In this document: positions 17,963 through 26,168 of the stretch, piece after piece
How positions within the stretch are numbered: position 1 is the stretch's first letter
Layout: the number at the start of each line of letters is the position of its first letter
From: Solirubrobacteraceae bacterium
GTDB taxonomy: Bacteria > Actinomycetota > Thermoleophilia > Solirubrobacterales > Solirubrobacteraceae
Assembly (NCBI GenBank): GCA_050696475.1
Contig: JBOGXX010000161.1
Coordinates: 1-33,021, forward strand
DNA length: 33,021 bases
Direction: 5' to 3'
Program-made: the position numbers and the translations under genes
Notes under the pieces: generated by a model
Databases searched by the model: none
What the model saw: the letters and a program-made list of their open reading frames with translations, nothing else
What the model was told of the DNA's origin: nothing

Positions 17963-18799
17963 TCATGTGCCTAGCCTGCGCCCGAGGGTGAGGCACAGCA
18001 CGACGAGGACGATCGCGGCGAGCCACGCAACGAGGCCCTCGGGGATCGGGCCGAGGTTCCCGATCGACCAGCCGCCGCGGTTCTCGGGGCGGTTGGTGGA
18101 AAGGACATAGCGGACGATCGCGTTCAGCTGCTGATGGTCGATCTGGTGCGCGGAGAAGCGCGGCATCAGATACGGACCGATGCGCACGGCCTCGGCGATC
18201 CGGGTTGCGTCGACGCCCTGCAGCGGCGGCACCCGTGCGCCGGTGACATAGCCACCGCGTGCGAGGCTCTGGTGGCAGCCCGCGCAGTCTTCGGTGAACA
18301 GCTTGAAGCCCTGCACGGGGCTCGCGGATGCCGGTTCCGGGTGAGGTATTCTGGGTCCTCGGCCGAGAGACGCGACAAACTCGGTGATTGCCGTGATCTC
18401 CTTGTTGGTGAAGGGGGAGCGCTGCTCGGAGGGCTCGGAGTGAATGTTGCGAAGCGGCATGAACCCGGTCCGCAAATAAAAATCGGCGGCCAGCGCGCCG
18501 ACACCTCTCAGGGATGGCCCTGCTCCCGTGACGTCGCCCGCGCCGGGTCGCGGCGGGTTGATGCCCTGCCCGGCGATCGCATGGCAGCTCGCACAGTTGG
18601 CATCAAACAGCTCTTCGCCGAGTTTGACGCTCGCGTGTGCGGGCTCGTAGACGGGGCGCACGATCCCGTTTTGAGAGGCGGCAAGCGCTGCACTCCCACC
18701 GCCGAGTAGCAGGATCGCGAGGATCACGAGCAAGTGGCGAGCACGAATCGTCGTGAGGTGGTCGGGCAGCTGCGGGGGTCTCGGGAGGGTGTGTCTCAT
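17963..18799 (-). CDS. qcrC: Diheme cytochrome c subunit
   Basis: CASCH and CAGCH heme motifs, GPSLRGVG, GFMP, GPYLMP and LGPIPEGL. Confidence 0.92.
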   Translation of the reverse strand: MRHTLPRPPQLPDHLTTIRARHLLVILAILLLGGGSAALAASQNGIVRPVYEPAHASVKLGEELFDANCASCHAIAGQGINPPRPGAGDVTGAGPSLRGVGALAADFYLRTGFMPLRNIHSEPSEQRSPFTNKEITAITEFVASLGRGPRIPHPEPASASPVQGFKLFTEDCAGCHQSLARGGYVTGARVPPLQGVDATRIAEAVRIGPYLMPRFSAHQIDHQQLNAIVRYVLSTNRPENRGGWSIGNLGPIPEGLVAWLAAIVLVVLCLTLGRRLGT

Positions 18800-19209
18800 G
18801 ATTGGTGGCACACGCCGAGCAGCGGCGCGCCGATTGCGACCATCGCGCAAATCGTCAGGGTCAGCGGGTTGACGGTCATGCCGACGGCCGCCAGGAAGTG
18901 CAGTCGCCCGGTCGTGATCTGATCCGGATCGTGGGTGTGCTGATCCCCGCGAGTGGCGCGAAACACCGCGATCGCACACAACTCGGCGAGCACCCCTACG
19001 AGCACGCCCGTAGCGCCTAGCGCCGCGGAGATCGCGTGTACCGGGAACTGGAAGCGTGCGTCCGGGGATTCGCAACGCGCGAGGCTGAACTGCATCCCGA
19101 CCAGGAACTGGACCGCCCACGCCGCGGGGCCCCCAAGCACCGCGAACCACACGATCTTGTTCAGTCGCGTCGTGCTCGAGGCGCGTACGCTCGGGATCCG
19201 GGTACTCAT
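18796..19209 (-). CDS. Three-helix membrane protein inside the respiratory operon
   Basis: ATGA overlaps with both ctaE and qcrC; hydrophobic segments; function not recognised. Confidence 0.75.
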   Translation of the reverse strand: MSTRIPSVRASSTTRLNKIVWFAVLGGPAAWAVQFLVGMQFSLARCESPDARFQFPVHAISAALGATGVLVGVLAELCAIAVFRATRGDQHTHDPDQITTGRLHFLAAVGMTVNPLTLTICAMVAIGAPLLGVCHQS

Positions 19210-19901
19210 AGCGATGGCGAGATCTCCGTGAGCAGAACGGCGATTGCGATCACGTTGACGACGTGCCAGTACAGCGCGACTGCGCGAACCCCGGTGAGAC
19301 GGTAGTCAGACAGGCCTGAGAACCCGAGCCAGAACAACAGCCCGAGGTCGAGCAGGATCCCCAGCAGAACGTGCGCGTGGTGCAGGCCGATCAGCGCTAT
19401 GTACGCGGAGGCATAGGCGCTTGACTGGGGGTGCACGGTGTGAAGTTCGCCGACGAAATGATGAAGCTGATATGCGAGATAGCCGCTCTGCACCACAGCG
19501 GCCGTCGCGATCATCGTGACCGTCCCGCGCAGCGCCCCGGCCTTCGCGTGGTGCGCGGCCAGCGCCATCGGCAGGCTGCTCGCGACGAGCACGGCGGTGA
19601 GGATCGCGGGATCGAGCACTTCCGGGAGGGCGACCCCGGCCGGCGGCCAGCGCGGCGCACGGAAGTTCAGGTAGAAGTAGCTCGAGATCAGCCCGGCGAA
19701 CAGCATCGTCTCCGCGCACAAGAACAACGCCATGCCCCAGATGCCGCTCGGCTGCGATCTCCGAGCCGACGCGATCCGCCGCGCGGAGCTCGCGCTGTGC
19801 GCAGCCCCACCGCGGAGCGGCGCAATCGCCACCCTCTCGCTACCGAGGGCCCTATCTCCGGCGCTCGCCGCGGTCGGCTCCGGCATCGGGTCACTCATCA
19901 T
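19206..19901 (-). CDS. ctaE: Heme-copper oxidase subunit III (short form)
   Basis: GMALFLCAETMLFAGL, WPP, GLHHAHV and LYWHVVN. Confidence 0.9.
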   Translation of the reverse strand: MMSDPMPEPTAASAGDRALGSERVAIAPLRGGAAHSASSARRIASARRSQPSGIWGMALFLCAETMLFAGLISSYFYLNFRAPRWPPAGVALPEVLDPAILTAVLVASSLPMALAAHHAKAGALRGTVTMIATAAVVQSGYLAYQLHHFVGELHTVHPQSSAYASAYIALIGLHHAHVLLGILLDLGLLFWLGFSGLSDYRLTGVRAVALYWHVVNVIAIAVLLTEISPSL

Positions 19902-21856
19902 GCCTGCACCTTTGCGAGCGGAGCATCCTGCGACTCTTTGGCGGGCTCGGGCGGCTGCTGGTGGGGCTCTGAGGCGTGCCAGGCCAGCAGCACGAGCGCG
20001 GCGACCCCGCCGACCCCGGCCGCGATCACGAAGTGTGCGAGCAGCAGCATGATGAACTCGACGAACAGGACCAGCGCGACCACGGGCGGCCACACCGAGT
20101 GTGGTGGCATCGCAAGGATCTCGTCGAGCTCGGCGTCCTGCACGGTGCTCGCCGGCGTCTCGTGCCCGCGCGCGAGGACCCCCTGGCTGCGCTCCAAGCG
20201 CGCCATGTCGCGCTCACGGTCCGGTCGGTCCCACATCGGGTAGGCGCTCGAAACGGACGGTATCACCGCGTAGTTGTACGGCGGCGGCGGCGATGAAGTC
20301 GCCCACTCGAGCGTATCCCCGTTCCACGGGTCATCGCCGGCCGGCTGACCCTTGAAGAGGCTGACGGCGAGGTTCACGATCACGAGCAACAAACCGCCCG
20401 CGAGCACATATGAGCCCACCGACTCCAGCAAGTTCAGAGGGCCCCAGCCAGTACTGGCCGCATAAGTATAGATGCGCCGGGGCATCCCGTCTATACCGAC
20501 GATGTGCATCGGGAAAAACGTCACCCACGTGCCCACGAAACTCAGCCAGAAGCTCGCCTGCCCGACGCGCTCATAATACATGCGCCCGGTTACCTTCGGA
20601 AACCAGTAATACATTCCGCCGAGGATCGGGAACACCGCGCCGCCGAAGATCACGAAGTGAAAGTGCGCGACGATGTAATAGCTCGCGTTCACCTGCTGAT
20701 CAAACGGGATCGCCGCGACCGTGATCCCGGACAGGCCGCCAATGATGAAGAACACGATGAACCCCACGATCCACAACAACGGCGTCTTGAAGTCCGGGGT
20801 CCCCGTCAGGATCGTGGCGATCCACGAGAACAGCTGGATCGCGCTCGGAATCACGATGATCATGCTCGCCGCGGCGAAGTAGATCGTCACGACCGTGTCC
20901 AGCCCGTCGGCGAACATGTGGTGAACCCACACCCCGAAGCCAAGGAACGCGACGAGCAGCTCCGCGAGTGCGACGATCGGAAAGAGGACCATTCGCCGGT
21001 GCACGAACGTCGGGATGATCGACGTTGCGATCCCGAAGGCGGGCAGGATGATGATGTACACCTCGGGGTGGCCGAAGATCCAGCACAGGTTCTGCCACAG
21101 CAGGGGATCGCCGCCGTAAGCGACGTCGTAGAAATGGAATCCGAGCTGCCGATCGAGCTCTAGAAAGATCGTGGCGAGTGTCAGTGCGGGCAGCGCCAAC
21201 ACGAGGGAAAAGGCGGCGGCTAGGAACGCGAAGCAGAACAGCGGCATCCGACTCAGCGACATTCCCGGCGCCCTGAGCTTGAAGATCGTGACGATGATGT
21301 TGATCGCGGTCACGGTGCTCGCGATCCCGTTGAAGATCAGCCCGTACCCGTAGAAGTCGATGTTCAGCCCCGGGTCATACTGCTTGGAAGCCAGTGGCAC
21401 GTAGTCAAACCAGCCGGCGTTCGGAGCCTGACCGGTCGCCAGGGCTATGTAGAGGAACACACCGGAGCCCAAGAAGATCCAAAACGACACCGCGTTCATT
21501 CGCGGGAAAGCCATGTCCCGGGCGCCGATCATCAGCGGCACGAGATAGTTCCCGAACGCGCCGGTCGTCATCGGGATCACGACCAGGAAGATCATCGTGA
21601 TGCCGTGCATCGTGAACAGCTCGTCGTAGGCCTCCGGGGTCAGTAGATGATGGTTCGGCCCGATCAGCTGGGTGCGGATCAACAGCGCCTCCGCGCCGCC
21701 CGCACCGAAGAACACGAGCGAGGTGAAGAAGTACATGAGCCCGATCCGCTTGTGGTCGGTCGTCGTCAGCCAGCCCAGCAGACCCGGCCGCTCCCGCCAG
21801 ACCCGATCGAGACGGTCGACCTGACGCTGCGCCGAAGGTGAGAGAGCGGTTGCCAT
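19898..21856 (-). CDS. ctaD: Heme-copper oxidase subunit I, A1-type
   Basis: TDHKRIG, TMHG, RDMAFPRMN, GHPEVY, WVHHMF, AHFHFV and GMPRR; two extra C-terminal TM helices. Confidence 0.96.
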   Translation of the reverse strand: MATALSPSAQRQVDRLDRVWRERPGLLGWLTTTDHKRIGLMYFFTSLVFFGAGGAEALLIRTQLIGPNHHLLTPEAYDELFTMHGITMIFLVVIPMTTGAFGNYLVPLMIGARDMAFPRMNAVSFWIFLGSGVFLYIALATGQAPNAGWFDYVPLASKQYDPGLNIDFYGYGLIFNGIASTVTAINIIVTIFKLRAPGMSLSRMPLFCFAFLAAAFSLVLALPALTLATIFLELDRQLGFHFYDVAYGGDPLLWQNLCWIFGHPEVYIIILPAFGIATSIIPTFVHRRMVLFPIVALAELLVAFLGFGVWVHHMFADGLDTVVTIYFAAASMIIVIPSAIQLFSWIATILTGTPDFKTPLLWIVGFIVFFIIGGLSGITVAAIPFDQQVNASYYIVAHFHFVIFGGAVFPILGGMYYWFPKVTGRMYYERVGQASFWLSFVGTWVTFFPMHIVGIDGMPRRIYTYAASTGWGPLNLLESVGSYVLAGGLLLVIVNLAVSLFKGQPAGDDPWNGDTLEWATSSPPPPYNYAVIPSVSSAYPMWDRPDRERDMARLERSQGVLARGHETPASTVQDAELDEILAMPPHSVWPPVVALVLFVEFIMLLLAHFVIAAGVGGVAALVLLAWHASEPHQQPPEPAKESQDAPLAKVQA

Positions 21857-21858
21857 GT

Positions 21859-22932
21859 CTAGTGCAGTGACTCCAGGAACACCGCGATCGTGCGTGCTTC
21901 TGCGCTGGACAGTCCGAGGTCTGGCATGTGGTTCCCCGGCTTTATCGCCTGCGGGTCGTGAACCCACGCCGCGAGCTCCGCGGCGGTGTTGGGGATCTCG
22001 AGGGCCGCGAGCGTGGAGCGCGTCGCGACGTGCGTGAGGTCAGGGCCGATCATCCCTCGTGCCTGGGTCCCGCGCAGCTGGTGACAGCCGCCGCAGCCAC
22101 GGCTCATGAACAGCCGCTCTCCTTCGAGGGTCCGCCCGCCGGTTGGCAAGCTCGCGGGCCTCGCCATGTTCGCCAACCACGCCTGGAAGGACGCGCGCGG
22201 TTCGGCTATGACAGACACTCCCATGTGCGCGTGTTGCAGACCGCAGAATTCCGAGCACTGCCCCAGGTAGGTTCCGGCGTCCGGTGTGTCAAGCAGGATC
22301 CGGTTTTCGCGGCCGGGGATCATGTTGATCTTCCTGGCCAGCCGCGGCACCCACAGACTGTGAATCACATCGGCGGTCGTCGCGACCACCTGGATGCGGG
22401 TGCCGACCGGGATGTGAATTTCGTTGGCGGTGACGGCTGTCGTTCCCGGATAGCGGATTTCCCACCACCACTGGTGTCCGATGACGTCGATCGTCATGCT
22501 CGTCGAGTCCGCGGCGGGCGCCTCGGTGAAGCGGATGTCATAGATGTCGCTCGCACCGAACAGCGCGAGCAAGACGACCAGTGGGATCGCGATCCCGAAC
22601 GCGATCACCATGCCGTTGGTGAGTCGCTCGCGCCGCCCAAAATACGGCAGGCCCGCCGAACGGCGCTTGAGAAACGAGAGCACGAGCAGCCCGATCGCGC
22701 CGATGAACACGACCACCGCCGCGGCCAGCATCCACCACCACAACACAGCGATTACGTGGGTCTGCTGACTGCGCGGCGCGAGGATCGACTGTCGCCCACC
22801 GCAGCCCCCGAGGCACACCGCGCCCGCGGCGGCCAGGACGAGCATCCGCAGCGCCCGCGACACTCGCCGGCTGCACGTGCGTCCCTGGCCGCGGGTCCTC
22901 GCAGCGGCTAGGCCGGTGGGGGTGGCGCGCAT
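21859..22932 (-). CDS. ctaC: Cytochrome c oxidase subunit II with fused cytochrome c (caa3-type)
   Basis: Lipobox-like LGGC, GHQWWW, DVIHS and CSEFCGLQHAHM CuA ligands; C-terminal CGGCH...KPGNHMP heme c domain. Confidence 0.94.
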   Translation of the reverse strand: MRATPTGLAAARTRGQGRTCSRRVSRALRMLVLAAAGAVCLGGCGGRQSILAPRSQQTHVIAVLWWWMLAAAVVVFIGAIGLLVLSFLKRRSAGLPYFGRRERLTNGMVIAFGIAIPLVVLLALFGASDIYDIRFTEAPAADSTSMTIDVIGHQWWWEIRYPGTTAVTANEIHIPVGTRIQVVATTADVIHSLWVPRLARKINMIPGRENRILLDTPDAGTYLGQCSEFCGLQHAHMGVSVIAEPRASFQAWLANMARPASLPTGGRTLEGERLFMSRGCGGCHQLRGTQARGMIGPDLTHVATRSTLAALEIPNTAAELAAWVHDPQAIKPGNHMPDLGLSSAEARTIAVFLESLH

Positions 22933-22934
22933 CG

Positions 22935-23924
22935 TCAAAGCTCTCCAGGATGGGGCTGGCGCTCGAGCGCTACCTCGTGCCGGGTTGACGTTCCTGGCCT
23001 CCGCGCCTCGGGGTCTGGATCGTGCAGCAGGCGCAGTCGCAGTCGCTCTCCTGCTCCGGCGGCAACAGCGCGCCCGGCACGCGCCTCGCTCAGTGCGACG
23101 CCATTCAGCGACGCGAGGTCCAGCAACTGTTGGGCCTCCTCGTCCCGTCTTGCGAAGCGCAGGAACAACCACACGACCAGCAGCGCGGTGAGCAGCATCT
23201 GGACGATCATCATCGCGGCCCCCGCAAGGTTCTGGTCTGACATGGCGTTCAGCCCGCGGGCGGCGTCGCTGGCATGGTAGACGGGATAGATCACCGTCTG
23301 CGCCCACAACAGCACGTTGCCGAGCACGGCGCCGGCAGCCCTGACAACGAACACGTAGCCGAGCTCGGCCCAGCCCTTGAACCAGGCTGGCTTCGGTAGC
23401 GGGCCGATCAGACCCAGCCACAGCAGCGTGCCGAACCACAGCAGGCATGCATGCTCGAGAGCGTGGACCAGGTCGTGGCGGATCGCGAGCTGGTAGAGCA
23501 GAGGCAAATGCCACACATACAGGTCGAGCGCCCACAGGAAGAGCGCGACGATCGGGTGCGCGAGCGTCCGCAGGGGACGCGTGGCCCGGATCTGAAGCAG
23601 CGGCGCAAGGAGCGGGCCGGTCAGCCCCAGCACGATCAAAAGCGAGGCGAGTTCACCGATCACGATGTGCTGGATCATGTGCGCGACCAGCACTTCGTCG
23701 GCGAGCCCATCCAGCGGCGGCAACTGCACTATGGCCATCAGCGCGACGCCGGCCGTGAAGCAGCGCCTGCGCCACACAGCGGGTTGACGGCGCTCGTGCG
23801 AGAGCCTCCCCACTCGACGGAAGTACAGCGCCAGATACGCGATGCACGCGATCACCGGCGGCAGGAACTCACCCAGGTGAAGCGCGTGCACGGACGGGTC
23901 GCCGGCCAATAGCGTCCCGGACAT
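22935..23924 (-). CDS. ctaG: caa3-type oxidase assembly factor
   Basis: HMIQH, WHLP, HALEH and DQNLAGAAM motifs of the Caa3_CtaG family. Confidence 0.88.
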   Translation of the reverse strand: MSGTLLAGDPSVHALHLGEFLPPVIACIAYLALYFRRVGRLSHERRQPAVWRRRCFTAGVALMAIVQLPPLDGLADEVLVAHMIQHIVIGELASLLIVLGLTGPLLAPLLQIRATRPLRTLAHPIVALFLWALDLYVWHLPLLYQLAIRHDLVHALEHACLLWFGTLLWLGLIGPLPKPAWFKGWAELGYVFVVRAAGAVLGNVLLWAQTVIYPVYHASDAARGLNAMSDQNLAGAAMMIVQMLLTALLVVWLFLRFARRDEEAQQLLDLASLNGVALSEARAGRAVAAGAGERLRLRLLHDPDPEARRPGTSTRHEVALERQPHPGEL

Positions 23925-23927
23925 GCC

Positions 23928-25259
23928 CTAGTCCCCCAGGGAGTAGTGGTCGAGGTCCCCTTCCAGAGCCTGCCTGCTTTCATAGGGTCCGGGGTGGGTG
24001 TAGATGACGCGACCGGCGGCGTCGATGAAGATCGTCGTGGGTGTCCCCTGCACCGGAGCAAGCCCATCTAGCGAGCCGGTCGTCGCCTGATAGCTCGGAT
24101 AGTCGACTCGCTCCCCCGCGAGGAAGCTCCTGGCGGCGCCCGGGGTATCGTCGGTGTCCACGCCGAGGAAGGCCACCTCGTTGCCATAGTCCCGCGAGTC
24201 CGCGGCGAAGATCGGGAACTCCGCCCGGCACGGTGGACACCAGGACGCCCACGCGTTCAGCACGACCGGCTCACCGCGCAAGCTGCGCAGCCGCGCAGCG
24301 AGCGCGCCTGGACCGCCAAGAAGCTGGCCGGCCTGCGCGCGAAGCCCGTCCAGAGCGACCGGGTTACGCGCGAGCCTGCCTCGGCTCTGAAGTGCCGCCG
24401 CAGCCGCCGGCGCGTCGCCTTCGCTGGCGAGCTCCGTTGCGTGGGGCTGGCTCGCGTTCCTGAGGACGGGTCGTCCCATCAGCCGGTCCAGGGCATCGAG
24501 CACCTCGACCGCGGTCCAGGGAAACTGGGGGTGCGCGAGGTCCCGGCGACCTTCTGGATCGAGCAGCCTCCGCAGCCCGCCCACGAGCGCGCTCGCTGGC
24601 TGCGCCATGCCTTCGTCCGCGACCCGCTCCCTTCCGGAGGGGTCGAGGATGAACACGCCGTCCGTGTGCTGCACGTCGAACTTCTCGGGCCGATGCGTCA
24701 TCCAGTCGATGTCGGGCGGGCTGCCCTGGGGCACACGCCGGTAGTACACGCCGAAGTAGCGCCAGATACGACTGATCTGCGCCGGGGTGCCGGTCAGCAG
24801 GCGGAAGTTCACACCGGTGAGGCGACGGTAGACGCGCAGACGGGCGGGTGTGTCGCGCCACGGGTCGACGGTCACCTCGGCGACCGCGCCGCGCCCAGCG
24901 AGACCGTCGCGCTGAAGGGCGTCGGTCAATTCCATCAACGTGCCCGTCGTCAACGGGCAGGTCTCGCGGCAGAGTGTCATCGCGGGGGCGAGCACCAGCC
25001 AGCGTCCACGGAACGCGCTCAGCGACGTGGGCCGGCCGTGATCGTCGATCAGCTCGAGCGACGGTGTCGGACGTGGCGGCTGCACGAGCGTGCCAAGCGG
25101 ATAGGACGCAGAAGCAGTCCAGGCACTGGGAGCTCGTAGGCCTGGTCGAGTGCCGAGCAGCACAGCGCAAAGCGAAACCAAGCCGACCGCCGCTGCGACA
25201 GCCATCGCGGCTCGCAATAGACGGCGCGCCAGCTTCACCCGTCCCCGTCCCGCCTTCAC
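23928..25259 (-). CDS. SCO copper chaperone fused to a TlpA/ResA-like thioredoxin
   Basis: CRETCP (CxxxC), VTVDPWRDTP and HTDGVFILD form the SCO domain; NAWASWCPPCRAEFP and GTPTTIFID form the TlpA domain. Confidence 0.88.
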   Translation of the reverse strand: MKAGRGRVKLARRLLRAAMAVAAAVGLVSLCAVLLGTRPGLRAPSAWTASASYPLGTLVQPPRPTPSLELIDDHGRPTSLSAFRGRWLVLAPAMTLCRETCPLTTGTLMELTDALQRDGLAGRGAVAEVTVDPWRDTPARLRVYRRLTGVNFRLLTGTPAQISRIWRYFGVYYRRVPQGSPPDIDWMTHRPEKFDVQHTDGVFILDPSGRERVADEGMAQPASALVGGLRRLLDPEGRRDLAHPQFPWTAVEVLDALDRLMGRPVLRNASQPHATELASEGDAPAAAAALQSRGRLARNPVALDGLRAQAGQLLGGPGALAARLRSLRGEPVVLNAWASWCPPCRAEFPIFAADSRDYGNEVAFLGVDTDDTPGAARSFLAGERVDYPSYQATTGSLDGLAPVQGTPTTIFIDAAGRVIYTHPGPYESRQALEGDLDHYSLGD

Positions 25260-25268
25260 CGGCTCGGC

Positions 25269-25294
25269 CTACCCGTATCTCTGGGGAGGAAACC
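25269..25294 (-). promoter_or_regulatory. Putative SigB/SigF-type promoter of the respiratory operon
   Basis: Minus strand GGTTT-N15-GGGTAG ending 9 nt before GTG 25259, which is leaderless geometry. Confidence 0.65.
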
Positions 25295-25393
25295 CACCAC
25301 GGGGCGGCCCTATGAACGACGCCAGCGAGTCCCCGTACCCATCCCCGACTCGACGCTGAAGCCGCTGTGGAGTGGCTGAAGCGCTGCCCACAC

Positions 25394-25423
25394 TTGCGCG
25401 CGTAGCTCGATGGCAGATAGCCT
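25394..25423 (+). promoter_or_regulatory. Putative housekeeping-sigma promoter, leaderless
   Basis: TTGCGC-N18-TAGCCT, 7 nt before ATG 25431; no RBS. Confidence 0.45.
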
Positions 25424-25430
25424 CCGTGCC

Positions 25431-26168
25431 ATGAGCCAGTCAGGGCGTGTGGCACTTGTCACGGGCGCCGCCTCCGGGATCGGGCGCGCGACCGCGCGAC
25501 GGCTGTCCGCGACCGGGATGGTCGTCGCGGCAGCCGACCTCCATGAGGAGGGCGCGCAAGCGACCGCTGCCGAGCTCGAGGACGCCTCCGGCTTCGCGGT
25601 CGATGTCGCCGGCGAGAGGTCGGTCGCGGCGCTGGTCGAGGCCGTGAGAGAACGCCTCGGTGCACCGACGGTGATCGTCAACTGCGCGGGGTGGGACGAG
25701 ACGCGGCGCTTCATCGACACCGACCGCGGCTTCTGGGAGAAGGTGCTCGCGATCAACCTGCTCGGCGTGGTCGCGATCACGCACGCGTTCCTGCAGGAGA
25801 TGATCGAGAGCGCACAGGGTGGGCGCGTGGTCAACGTGGCAAGCGACGCCGGCCGCGTGGGCTCGAGCGGCGAGGCCGTGTACGCAGGCGCGAAGGGTGG
25901 CGTGATCGCTTTCACGAAGTCACTCGCGCGAGAGACGGCAAGGCACGGGATCACCGCCAACGCAGTCTGCCCCGGACCGACCGACACGCCCCTGTTCCGC
26001 GCGCAGCCGCCAAAGCTTCAGGAGGCGCTACAGCGCGCGGTGCCGCTGGGGCGGCTCGGGACGGCGGAGGATGTCGCCGAGGCGATCGCGTTCTTCGCCT
26101 CCGAGCCCGCGGGCTACATCACCGGGCAGGTGCTGAGCGTCAGCGGCGGTCTGACGATGGCGGGATGA
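25431..26168 (+). CDS. SDR oxidoreductase, BadH (2-hydroxycyclohexanecarboxyl-CoA dehydrogenase)-like
   Basis: TGAASGIG, NCAGWD, ASDAGRVGSSGEAVYAGAKGG, CPGPTDTPL and GQVLSVSGGLTM. Confidence 0.85.
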   Translation: MSQSGRVALVTGAASGIGRATARRLSATGMVVAAADLHEEGAQATAAELEDASGFAVDVAGERSVAALVEAVRERLGAPTVIVNCAGWDETRRFIDTDRGFWEKVLAINLLGVVAITHAFLQEMIESAQGGRVVNVASDAGRVGSSGEAVYAGAKGGVIAFTKSLARETARHGITANAVCPGPTDTPLFRAQPPKLQEALQRAVPLGRLGTAEDVAEAIAFFASEPAGYITGQVLSVSGGLTMAG

